Translations under genes and position numbers: made by a program | The notes under the pieces: generated by a model | Database searches by the model: none | What the model saw: only the letters and a program-made list of their open reading frames with translations | What the model was told of the DNA's origin: nothing | Origin: Schmidtea polychroa | Lineage: Eukaryota | Reading direction: 5' to 3' | DNA: 64,000 bases | Assembly (NCBI GenBank): GCA_044892525.1 | Contig: CM097885.1 | Location: 39,620,001-39,684,000 of the forward strand | Part shown: positions 29,524 through 41,200 of the stretch, in pieces | Numbering within the stretch: position 1 is the first letter of the stretch | Layout of the letters: each line of letters opens with the position of its first letter

Positions 29524-32082
29524 ATGAAAAAATCAACAATCTTCGTCGACCCTTTCATCGGAAACGCCCTCATCCAACATAACTATAAAACTTTCTTTTC
29601 AACCTTCCCCTTCCATGAATTCGCAGAGTGGAATGAAATCATCATACCCATGTCCAATGGACAAAATAGCTGGTTCTTCTTCTTCCTCGATAAAAAACAA
29701 AAACTTGCAGTATTCATTGACCCATTAATCGACAACAGCCTTCTGACGCACTCAAAACTCGCCAATAGCCTACTTGAAACCATCCTAGACCTTCAGAAAA
29801 TTGTCTTTCCCATATCCATCGACTTGAAAGAACCCCAATACCCTCGTTGCAGTGTCCCTACAGACTCAGCTTTCTTCACCTCATCACACCCCCTCACCAC
29901 ACCCCACATTCCTTCTATGACCCTGGAAATTAAAACAATTATTAATAATTATAATAAAAATAAAATACCAAATAATGATATACGTAAATATAAACAGTTT
30001 ATAAAGAATATTATTTTTAATCTCATCGAAAACAAAACTGACGCCGACTCGGCTATTTCCGAAATGGAAAAAATAAATGCAAACATTCACCCTTTAAAAT
30101 ATATCACCAAAAAGCCCTCTGACATAATACATAAAAAAACCCGTAATGAGAATGAATTACTTTTCATTAAAAGGAAAAAATACACCATTAACCCAAAGGA
30201 GGAAGTCGCCAAGATCCTGAGAAATACCCCAACCTTCCAGAGACCGACTATGGATAATATTCTGAAACTCTTTGCTGGAACCCTCACAAATTGCTCACCT
30301 AACCCTTTGATTAAACTACCCTCACATCCTGAAACTCTTTCATGTGACCCCTTTGACACTGATGAAATTAAGACAATCTTCAGGCAACTCAGCAATACGG
30401 CCCCAGGTATGGATGGCATCTCTTTATCTGACTGGAGAATTCTATCACCTGACTTCGAATTCCTTCTATCCTTGTTTAACAACCTACTACGCACAACTAC
30501 ATCCCCTATGTCCTGGAAAACATTTCGCTCTCAATTAATTTTAAAAGCTGGAAAGGCCGAGACTAGCCACGAAGCTAGCTCCTGGAGACCCATATCTATC
30601 ATGAACACCTCATACCGTATATTCTCCTCACTTCTTAACAACCGCCTTCTGAATTGGATAAAACTTGGCAACCTACTGTCTAACAACCAAAAAGCCATAT
30701 GTGCACCCGACGGATGTGCTGAACACAATTTCACTTTACACCTTGTCAAAGATGCTGCAATCCGCAATAAAACTGACCTCCATATCATATGGCTCGATAT
30801 CCCCGATGCTTTTGGATCTTTACCTCACTCTCTTATATGGCACACTCTTACCAATATGGGACTCAACCCAAATACAATCAAACTTATAAATGATATGTAT
30901 AACGATGTGCAAACTATTTTTGAATGTGAAGGAGAACGCTCCCCATCTGTCCCCATTGTAAAAGGAGTTAAGCAAGGCTGCCCCTTATCTATAACAATCT
31001 TTTGCCTATGTATAGACTTCATACTCCAACATGTCTTAAAGCACCATCCCTTCCTATTCCATGGGCACAACATTAGCATCCTTGCCTATGCCGATGATAT
31101 TGTACTAATTTCGGACTCATACTACTCAATAAACCTCGCACTTTGCGAAACGACACACCTGGCTTCACAAGTTAACCTTCGCTTTAAGCCTTCGAAATCT
31201 GGATACTTTCATATCAACCATGATGACAATTATAGCCCAACCCGCCTTTATGACGAACTCCTCCCCAGAATTGATGACTCTAACCTCTACCGATACCTTG
31301 GAGTTGATTTCACGTATAAGGTAAGACACAACATTGAGGAGAGACTTGAAAATGCCCTAACTGATACCAAAACAATTCTTGCCTCCCATCTGCATCCTGC
31401 CCAAAAACTTAATGCCTACAAAATATTCATTCACTCTCGCCTTACCTATATCTACCGCAACTGCGAGATCCACCACAGTGTACTCGACTCCGAAAGAAAC
31501 CTGAAAAATAATACAGGTTTACCCCATAGGGGCGCCACCCAAAGACTAAAATCCATAATCAAAAATGCCATTGGCGATAAAATTTGTGAGCTCAACAACA
31601 ACTTCCTATATGCATCAATCAAACTTGGAGGACTGGGTATAACATCCCTCATTGATGAATACCTTATCCAGGGAATTGTCCACCTCATACGTGCCCTCAA
31701 CTCAACTGACACTGATTTTCGCAACCTCGTCTTATCCGAACTCAGCCACGCCAGAGGAAATGGCAACATCGACTCTGCAATCTCTTGGTTAAATGGCGAC
31801 TCCACTAAAACCTTTCCATCCAAATCTCTCTTCTCAAAATTCAGGAAATCATCCATAAGACTGCGACTCAAATATGGGATCTCTACTAAAATTGTCTTCC
31901 TCAAAAATTCCTACCAATTAGAAATTAAATACAAAGACCGAATTAATTACTTCACATCCTCCAACCTTAAAGATACCTCATCTGAAATACATTCTATTAT
32001 TAGCCTCATTTATGCCGATAGATGGTCTGAAATGAAATGTCAAGGACATATAGTCAAAAGCATCGACCAGATCCAGCATTGA
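29524..32082 (+). CDS. Non-LTR retrotransposon polyprotein fragment: Ulp1-like domain + reverse transcriptase + thumb
   Basis: TAPGMDGI, SWRPISI, QKA..DGCAEHNF, WLDIPDAFGSLPH, GVKQGCPLS, YADD (31087-31098), YRYLGV, LHPAQKL, LYAS..LGGLGI, W..MKCQG. The CCHC finger and PD-(D/E)xK endonuclease expected downstream are absent. Confidence 0.93.
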   Translation: MKKSTIFVDPFIGNALIQHNYKTFFSTFPFHEFAEWNEIIIPMSNGQNSWFFFFLDKKQKLAVFIDPLIDNSLLTHSKLANSLLETILDLQKIVFPISIDLKEPQYPRCSVPTDSAFFTSSHPLTTPHIPSMTLEIKTIINNYNKNKIPNNDIRKYKQFIKNIIFNLIENKTDADSAISEMEKINANIHPLKYITKKPSDIIHKKTRNENELLFIKRKKYTINPKEEVAKILRNTPTFQRPTMDNILKLFAGTLTNCSPNPLIKLPSHPETLSCDPFDTDEIKTIFRQLSNTAPGMDGISLSDWRILSPDFEFLLSLFNNLLRTTTSPMSWKTFRSQLILKAGKAETSHEASSWRPISIMNTSYRIFSSLLNNRLLNWIKLGNLLSNNQKAICAPDGCAEHNFTLHLVKDAAIRNKTDLHIIWLDIPDAFGSLPHSLIWHTLTNMGLNPNTIKLINDMYNDVQTIFECEGERSPSVPIVKGVKQGCPLSITIFCLCIDFILQHVLKHHPFLFHGHNISILAYADDIVLISDSYYSINLALCETTHLASQVNLRFKPSKSGYFHINHDDNYSPTRLYDELLPRIDDSNLYRYLGVDFTYKVRHNIEERLENALTDTKTILASHLHPAQKLNAYKIFIHSRLTYIYRNCEIHHSVLDSERNLKNNTGLPHRGATQRLKSIIKNAIGDKICELNNNFLYASIKLGGLGITSLIDEYLIQGIVHLIRALNSTDTDFRNLVLSELSHARGNGNIDSAISWLNGDSTKTFPSKSLFSKFRKSSIRLRLKYGISTKIVFLKNSYQLEIKYKDRINYFTSSNLKDTSSEIHSIISLIYADRWSEMKCQGHIVKSIDQIQH

Positions 32083-32670
32083 CCAAAATATTGACAACAA
32101 AGGTCGAACCCATGGTTGCAGGAGAACCAATTGTAGTGAAAGAAGGCGAATTCATTGGAGGGGGTAATTCAATTAAAATACGGGAAAATGCCGACAGAGA
32201 AGATCCTAGCTGGTGGCAGAGACCCGATAGTAAATGGAAACCGCTTATCAAAGAATACGACGGAGGCCCAATCCACGAAGTAGCCGTGTCCAATTTCCCC
32301 GATTACGGAGTATTGGAGGCTAATGAGGGTTCTTATATCATCTCATCAATCGTGTACAAAGAAGTAAGTACACGGGAGACATTGGTGGTCAGTTACAGAC
32401 CGGACATAGTAGAACAAAGAATCCGTAATGAAAGTGCCAAAGTCATGAAAAGGACAAAAATTTTAGCAATTCTGCTATGTATTCAACGGACCTAGCTATT
32501 TGCTATACGTCCCCAATCCCAACACCTTCGACAATACAATCCAATCCAATTTTTCAAATTGATAAACATTTACCGAACAATAACATTTGCTCTATCCTAT
32601 GTGAACAATAATTGATTATTCTGATTTTGTGATTTGAAACTTTGATCTAGGTATTATTTATTATTGCTTG

Positions 32671-32790
<120 letters not shown>

Positions 32791-34053
32791 GTAAATATCA
32801 ACTAAGATTTATTAAAGTTTTTGATATGCCTTTATATAAATATATCATATTCCTCATCTAGTTAAACACAAAAAAAATTAATTTTAATAATATTCAAACG
32901 ATACCTCCAGCACCTACTGGGAGGGTAATTTACCAAATACCACGTCAGACTCTTCGGAGACTTTAAAATTTGGAAAAATTTTGAGTTAAAAATATTTTTT
33001 CTTGTAAATATTTTTATATTTCTTATACCGTTGAATTTTCCTTAATAAAGTCATTTTTCAAAGGTTTTCTAAGCATTTTCTAATGCTTTCGTACGATTTT
33101 AATTCTATAATATAAGATTGGTCTGATTATCATAATATACAGATTATAATAATAATAATATACTGATTATCATAATATATTATGGCAATACCTACATTTT
33201 AATTTAGAGACTTTGGAGCTCTTTTTCATGGAAACTAAGCTTTTTATACACACACCATATATTTTCGTGACTACATAAAATTCTGAATCATCCTAGATAT
33301 TTTCCAGGTAGGAGGTGGTGTGGAGGGGACACACATCTAATATTGTTGAAGAAGTAAAGCTCAAACAAAAAGATGTACCTGTACCATTAATATCCTCTTC
33401 CTCTAACAATGATAATTTATGCTTTATCTGTAAATGCAATTTCCGATATTATTGTTAGATGACAAGTGCAGACCCATTACATTTGCTCTATCAAAATATT
33501 ATCGAACAGGCCGAAACAAGTACAAGGTGAACATCTATGTAGAGTCCTCAAATCCTAACATGTGTTTGACAATACAATATCATTTGATCATTCTGTTTTT
33601 AATATTGAACATTTCGTTTTTGTATAACATTTATGACGGTTTTTTATGATGTTATTTTATTTACTCTTTACCTTGATGATTGACTTTTATTTAATAGCAA
33701 ATAAATTGTTGTTATTTTAGTATTTTATATATGTTATATATTCTAATTATCAAATCTTTAATATTTTCATTTAATGTTTTAACTTTCAATAAATAATTTA
33801 ATTTTTAACATTCTTATATTTCAACGGTTAATTAATCCAACAGTCAGGCAATAAGCAACGCTAGCTGCGGCAATAGAGTAAAAAATATCAGAAATAAAAT
33901 AAATTAAACATGCCAGGGAAAAATGAACATACACAATTGGAAAAATTAAATTAACACGCAAGGAAAAAAATAAGGAACATATACTTTAATAATAAATAAT
34001 TAATATTTTACTTTATTTTATCAAGTTACTGATATACAAAAAAATTATTAATA

Positions 34054-34243
34054 CCGTATATACTCGCGTATAGGCCGAGTAATTTTGGTTCTTTTATGGT
34101 TCGTCGTTAATTGCATAATTTGAAATAAATAATATATTACCCAAAATATCATTTTTAATAGGTCGGTTTATACGCGGGTCATCTATTTTTGACATTTTAA
34201 TCAACCAAATTTGAGGGGTCGGCTTATATGCGAGTTTATACGG
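34054..34243. mobile_element. MITE, Tc1/mariner superfamily (Tc2/pogo-like ends), 190 bp
   Basis: TIRs CCGTATATACTCGCGTATAGGCCGA ... TCGGCTTATATGCGAGTTTATACGG, flanked by TA on both sides. Confidence 0.85.
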
Positions 34244-34560
34244 TATATTTTTTAATAAAAAAACTGCAGAAAAAATAGTATAAATATCGGATTAAAATCT
34301 CAATTATTTACCCAACATTTTAACTTGCTGCTCGTAATTTTGAAAGGTATATTCTTACAAAACTTTTAAATCGAAACGACACTATAAAAGGTTCAAATGT
34401 TTTACACGCAGCATTACACGCATTTATAACATTTAATACTTACATAGCAAGCATCATTTTATTTTGCTGAATCAGTATAGAATAATTTGATATTTATTGG
34501 TAAATTTTTGTTCAATAAATATTTGAATTATAATACCTCGTCTTCTGTATTGGTGTATAT

Positions 34561-34780
34561 CAGGGGTCGGCAACCTTTTAGCTGTGATGTGCCAACCACT
34601 GCCAATTAATTCATATTGCCACCTTATTTCTTTTTACAAATAAGCAACGGTATATGCCTGTCATATTAAATAATACAGTTCTTAACCTATATTTAATTGA
34701 AAAACAAACAACATAAAATGTCATTGAATACTCCATCCCGTGCCAAATATGACACTCTTGCCATAGGTTGTCGAAACCTA
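34561..34780. mobile_element. hAT-type MITE, 220 bp
   Basis: CAGGGGTCGGCAACCT ... AGGTTGTCGAAACCTA imperfect TIRs; 8-bp TSD GTGTATAT/GTATATAT (7/8). Confidence 0.7.
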
Positions 34781-35617
34781 GTATATATAGATAAGAAACA
34801 CCAGTGCAACGTTGAGAATCTCAATTTTCTACATTAATAAACATTAATAGCACAGATTGAATTCAGTGTGTGGTATTTGAAACAAAGGTTCAAAGAAACA
34901 ACCATATGAATGTGAATGTCTAGATTCAGATTATTGTGCAAATAATATATTATTCTATACTTGTAGCGACTATTTTCTTTTATATTTTGTTTATATTTTA
35001 AACTTTTTTTTATTTGACATTGTATTTATTTATTTTTATATTTCTGCAAAAAGTACTTGTTTGTTTAAAAATAGATAACTATAAAACTAAAAAATATATT
35101 TTAATGCAGTAAAAAGCATTTTATAGCAAGTTTGTTAATAATTCTCTCAGTAACACTCTTCTCCCATTTTATGTGAAAGTGCAGAGTAGTTGACATTTTA
35201 AGCAATTTCCTATCAAATTGAAAATTTACAAGGAAAATCAGGGTCCTAGTTAATATTAATTAAAAACTACTAATCGTGAAAGCCCTCGATATCGACGACG
35301 TTAAGTATTTCCATATCAAACTAAAAATACCAACTTAAATTTCAATCTTATAAAAAACGGACTGCGCTTATCCAACTTTACCTTATGTTAAAGCGTTTAA
35401 ACAACTATAAATTTCGTTTAAATGTAGAATAACATTATTTGAAATTTTTATTGATAAATATAATTTCAAACGTATCCTTAAAATGTTCTATCATAACAAA
35501 ACAAAATAGAGTTTTATGTACTTTCACATTATGCAAAAAAACTAGTATTTTTTAAAGAAAAAACAAAAATCATATTAATAAAATATAGAAAGCAAAAATT
35601 TATTTTTAAACTACTCT

Positions 35618-36358
35618 CTAAGAATTTTCTTTTTCAGCTGTTTTGTTTTCTTGAAAATTTTCTGTTTCGGTATCACGCATATTTGTAATACTCCGTGTTC
35701 CACTGCTACGGTCTTTTGATTCTGTTACTTTATTCTCTCTACTTTATTCTCCAATTATCACAATCACTAGGTTTTGTTTCTTTCATTTGAACATTTTTCT
35801 GTACTCGCCAATTATCGCTATTACTTGGCTTGGTTTCTTTCCTTTCAACAACTTTCTTCTCCAATTTTCAGATTCATCTGCTTTAGATTTCTTTTCATCT
35901 TTGTGAAAACAACCATTCTTATCTAGAAATGTGTTAAATTTCTTCTCTTTGTCTATGTCCGTGATTAATGTCAAATTAATTGCTCTACTGACGAGAACTT
36001 GTCCATTAAATTCCAACGCCGATTTCAAATTGTCCAAACTTCTGAATTCTATATTGCCAGTTCCTCGCTTTCTCGGATTGAAATAAATATCCACCAAATC
36101 TAAACATTTTAACAGATTTTTAATGCACTCTTCATCAACATCAAAATGCAGATTAGAAAATCCCAAATAGAATGGACCATCAATTGGTAGTTTATTTACT
36201 TCTTCAAGTTGACGATTGGCATGTGTTGTTGTTTCCAAAGCTTTTCTTAATTCAGCAGTAATCGTTATATTATTTTCTCTAATTTCGGAATTCTAATATA
36301 TTATTGTTGCTTTTTCTCGTAAAATCGACAATAACGCTTTTCCAAACATTTTAACCAT
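35618..36358 (-). pseudogene. Intronless eIF4B/eIF4H-like RRM protein pseudogene
   Basis: LPIDGPF..FSNLHFDVDEECIK...RGTGNIEFRSLDNLKSALEFNGQVLVSRAINL resembles the eIF4B RRM. An ATG at 36358 is in frame but interrupted by TAG at 36293-36295. A 5-nt duplication (CCAAG) near 35830 and a further indel near 35740 shift the frame. Confidence 0.65.
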
Positions 36359-36492
36359 TTGTATTATATTGTTAGTTTTATAGGAGTTGGTTTATTTAGT
36401 AGATGGATACGTACAAAGCGAATCTTTTGAAATTTATTGGAATTTTAATTAATTTTGTTAGTTTATAATATTTATTAAATTTTACAATAACT

Positions 36493-37617
36493 ATGGAGTC
36501 TACTGATTCTACTGATCCGCAAACTCACCCCAATCCAAAATTAAATAAAATTTGGACAATAAATGAAAAACTTCAAGAGAAGTTTTCCAAAGTTTACTCT
36601 CTTGAAAGAGACGTAACTATTGATGAAAGCCTCCTTCTGTATAAAGGCAGATTGGGGTGGAAACAATGCATACTATCCAAAAGGGCTCGTTTCGGCATAA
36701 AAACATTTGCATTGTGTGAGTCCAAAACGGGATATGTCTGGAAGACAATCATATATACAGGCAAAGACACTCCTTTCGATAATGATTTTCAGGGCCATCC
36801 AGTAACGGAGAAAGTGGTGTTATTTCTGATGAAACCTTTGTTGGATAAGGGATACTGTCTTACCACAGACAATTATTATACATCTCCAAAATTGATGGAA
36901 ATTTTAGTGGCTAGATCGCAGGATATGTATGGCACGGTTCAAAAAAAGCGGAAAGTGATGCCTGCTAGCATCAAAACAAAAAAATTAGCGAGGGGTAAAA
37001 CTGTAGCATATAGAAAAGGGAAAATGCTAGTTTTGATGTGGAAAGATAAAAAATATGTTACATTATTATCAACAGTTCACACCAACGACTCAGTGGAAAC
37101 AATTTCAAAAAATGTAGCAAAAAAGAAACCAAGAGTTGTCGTTGATTACAATGATACAATGGGTGGAGTTGATCGCGTAGACCAAAACCTTGCTGACTAC
37201 CCAATCCCTAGGAAAAGGGGTAAAAAATATTATAAGAAAATATTCTTCCACTTATTGGAACTCAGTTTGTGGAATTCATATATTTTATATAAAAAATCGG
37301 GAGGAAGCTTAACAAACCTATATTATCGTTTAGATGTAATAGAAAAAACAATAGACAAATATTTTCCCTTATTGAGTTCTACCCCTCGCGGAAGACTTCC
37401 TGCTGCTGTTCATCCTCGACGTTTGACCGAAAGGCACTTCATTGAACCAATACCACCAACTGCCAACCAGCCGCATCCTAGAAGAACGTGTTATCTGTGT
37501 TCAAAAAAAAGGGACGCAGAGGGCCAAAAAATTAGAAAACAAACAACAAACATGTGTCGACCTTGCAAAGTCACTTTGTGCACGCCGTGTTTCCTAATTT
37601 ATCATACAGTACCCTAG
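36493..37617 (+). CDS. piggyBac transposase (PGBD4-like), N-terminally truncated
   Basis: TIDESLLLYKGR, TTDNYYTS, YNDTMGGVDRVDQ (DDD triad), KKYYKKIFFHLL, C-terminal Cys-rich domain CYLC..CRPC..LC.PCF..YH. Confidence 0.93.
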   Translation: MESTDSTDPQTHPNPKLNKIWTINEKLQEKFSKVYSLERDVTIDESLLLYKGRLGWKQCILSKRARFGIKTFALCESKTGYVWKTIIYTGKDTPFDNDFQGHPVTEKVVLFLMKPLLDKGYCLTTDNYYTSPKLMEILVARSQDMYGTVQKKRKVMPASIKTKKLARGKTVAYRKGKMLVLMWKDKKYVTLLSTVHTNDSVETISKNVAKKKPRVVVDYNDTMGGVDRVDQNLADYPIPRKRGKKYYKKIFFHLLELSLWNSYILYKKSGGSLTNLYYRLDVIEKTIDKYFPLLSSTPRGRLPAAVHPRRLTERHFIEPIPPTANQPHPRRTCYLCSKKRDAEGQKIRKQTTNMCRPCKVTLCTPCFLIYHTVP

Positions 37618-38202
37618 GTCAGTGTTTTGAAACATTCATTTTTTTTTATTGGTTGTGTGCTAACGATTTTCTTTTCAGATGTTTATATATTGTAAATGGA
37701 CTGAAGCACAGACCTGATTTTTACTTCGCAGTTAAAAAGTAATTTTCAATTTATGTTATAATTTCATTTTATTTTTATGTATTTGTAATAATATATCTTT
37801 GTATACAAAGTTTACGTATTTTTCTCTAAATAATTCACACATACCATCTAATAACAATAACTCTTTGAAAACCATTCACTGGTAAGATACTGACCGCAGA
37901 CGTTTGGGAAACAGTTTAGGAAACGCTGGAATCTGAGAAACATATGTTTTGTAAAATGAATGACCCACTGTATTATTTATAGCCTCAATTTTATGATGGG
38001 ACTCTTATTTAATATCCTAAGAGATGATATCTACACAGTGGCTCTTATTTTTTTTATATAATAACAATAATTAATAATTAGTGAATACAAACTCGGAAAA
38101 TTAAAAAAATATATTTACGTTATATTTTGATATATACTATTAATTAATGATTTAAGTTTTTTTTTGACCGAAAACATGAAAAAAAAATCGGCGGGCAAGT
38201 GG
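36493..38202 (+). mobile_element. 5'-truncated piggyBac element with probable right terminus
   Basis: Transposase followed by ...CGGCGGGCAAGTGG|TTAA (TTAA at 38203-38206); no matching left TIR seen. Confidence 0.65.
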
Positions 38203-41200
38203 TTAACAAAGTCATGTGTAATAGAAGAGTATGATTAACAAAGATTTAACAATATGAATGGATGATGCAGATTAGTCAAAGGTTATATAAATGAATAATT
38301 TTTCAAACGTTAATTTTATTAAAAAATATTATAAACTAAATTACTAATAATGAATATAATGAGGTCCTCAAAAACATGTTACATCTCGTCAATCGCACAG
38401 AGAAAATAGTTGAAGACACTCTTTTGAAATATGCTAGCATTCTAAAATTGAAGACAGTCTACCAAAAGAAAAATTGGTTCAAAGGAATATTTGACGAATT
38501 ATTTGATAATAAAATTAAATGGAAATTAGATAATCGTAGGTTTATCATTCATGAAGCAAATTATGAATAAATCTGGCTTGGACTATGAAAACTATTTTCA
38601 ATGGTCTGTAGAGGTATATTATTTTATTTTATTTATTATTATTATTTAGATAATTGAATCAAAAATTGCTCCGTGAGTGGATGCTGACGGTGGATGGAAT
38701 GTTGTAATCCCTGCAAAAGCCAAAAGGTCTGATGAAAATGGTGAAAAATTAAAAAACTTATTAAAACTCGCTATTGTATTATTTGTTGTATTCGCCTGTA
38801 ATAAGGTTTATTATAAATTATAATAAATGTTTAAATGTTTTTGTTATTTCTATTTATTATCATTTGAAATATTTAATTAGATCAATCCAATAATAATAAT
38901 TTCAACAATGCTCCAAATAACGCGGCTCACATTGGAAATAATGACCTTAATAATTTAGATTCTTATTAGTTTTTATTTTTTATAATAAATTATTAATAAT
39001 ATTTAATTTTTAAAAGGATTAAGAATAATAATGATTATTTAAAATATTGATTTTATGAATATAATAGTTGATAACATTAACTGAAATTTCTTATGAATAG
39101 CATTATTTCATTTAATATTGTCAATTATTTTAGTTCATATCAATTACTTTTTATATTTAATATTTAATTTAATTATTTTATCAGGTCATTTTTACTCTTG
39201 TTACTGTATGGCAATCTATGTCATGAAAAAATATTATGGTCATAAATTGATAGCATCAATGGCATATGTAAAATATCCCAGAGCGTTAGGTATAAGTAGT
39301 TTTATGGAGAGCATAATAAACACTTGACCTTATTTAAAACTAATGAAAAAGAAATGTTTAGGTTAATTAATAAAATAATATAGAAATTGTAAATATTATG
39401 CAAAATAATTCAAAAAATATAAATAATGCAAAAACTACAAAAAAGGATGGTGAAATCCATGACAATTACTTAAATAAAGCTGAGATATTTTCCGTAAACT
39501 TTTTTAATTGAGAGGATTTATTCACTGTAAAATATCAAGCAGAAGTCCTTTGTTTTAACACATAGTTATAGGAGTCAGCTCATATGAAATGTTCGTTTAC
39601 TAAAATCGAAGCTATACTTAATCCATGTTGCTTCATTAATTTAACATATTATCAGTTTTAAATATTTATAATATTAATCAGTTTTAAACTTGTAGAGTAT
39701 AATTTAATAATTTAATTAAATAAAAATTTTAAAATATGTAAGGTAGTTTCTAATATGAAATTTACAAAAGACAAACAAATTGTTGTCAGTAGTAAATATC
39801 CATTAATATTTTTTAAGTTTGGTAACTATCGAATAATGAGTTGTAGATAATCAACCAGAGTTGGAGATTAAAAATTTATCGTCAAATGTTATAATTATTT
39901 TTATTTATTTTAATTTCTAATTTATTCTTATTTGAGAAACTTTAAAAATTTTAATAATAAATAACGAACTCCAATTTACTTTTTAAAAAGCTTTGATTAT
40001 GAGAGCACCAGAAATCATTCCATTTCGAATATGGATGTTGATTGGAATAGACTTTAGATGATGAAAAGCTTACTGTCAACATTCAATCACCTATATTTAT
40101 GTCATCTTAAAGAATACTGAATTTTGGTATTATTTAATATATGTTATTTGAAGTACAAACGCATTAGTTGGAAAGAAAATTTCATTTTTGTCGGCAAATG
40201 TGTGTTAATAGTTTAGGTAGATATTTTAATTTATTATACTGCTTCATATTTAAAATGAAATAAACCACTCAAAATCGCGCATTTAATAATTAATGGCATA
40301 ACATAAGTTTTACAAAATCATTTAAGTTCGAAAAACCTATATGGTTTCAGTTGATCAGATAATATAAATAATTTATAATGAAATATGTTTATTACTTACA
40401 TATATTTATGTCATCTTAAAGAATACTGAATTTTGGTATTATTTAAACTATAATAAATAATTATATAATAACTAAAAATCTGATTAAAACTTTTTTATTA
40501 AAATATTTAAATTTAATATTTAATAAACGAAACCGTTTCAATCCCTGGTGATACAAACGATACCGCAAAGTCTTATTCTTTGTAAGAAAAGCTTGACATA
40601 GTCATTGATAATGAAAGCGGAGACAAACTAACTGAAAGACTCAACACCGCAAAAAAATTAAAGAAAACGTTAAAATTGATATTTTTCTATTTTTGAGGAA
40701 AAATGTGTTCTAGGATAAATTATGCGAATGACATACAAGATCTAAAACTGTCGCTTTCAAACGTTGGATCTTAGCGCGATTTTTCATCAAGTGACAATAG
40801 GCAATATAGTCACTGAGTTAAGATCTAGACAGGAAGATGAAACTTTGGATTAATCATATTTTTAAGACCACACTGCAATGAAAAATATTTTACTCTAGTA
40901 TAAATTGATTTTTTTTAATTTTAAATTTGCTAAAATATATTTTGATGAATAAACTTAAGCCTTATCCATTTTCTGTCAAATAATGAAAAGTTACGGTTGC
41001 AGTGAACTCTGGTACTAACAAATTTTAGTAACAAAACTATCATTAGACCGTAATAATTACCGACTTTTTGCTCAGCTGGTTAATACATTATTTATTTGTG
41101 ACCCACTTAAAGTTTCTATATTAGGATTTATTAAAATAATATTTTTCTTAAAATATGTTTGTTAGATAGTTATTGAATTTTTCATCATCATCAATGCAAA

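Noticed and set aside
30449..30460. 12-mer CTGACTTCGAAT in the RT gene identical to the tRNA anticodon arm
   Set aside because: Short, in coding sequence (PDFE), does not extend, and was noticed post hoc; most likely chance.
28276..31904. Minus-strand ORFs overlapping the retroelement
   Set aside because: Antisense shadows of the coding strand with no motifs.
36351..36361. TTAACCATTTG as the piggyBac left TIR
   Set aside because: Similarity to the right end stops after 7 nt, and it is too close to the truncated ORF to hold the missing N-terminus.
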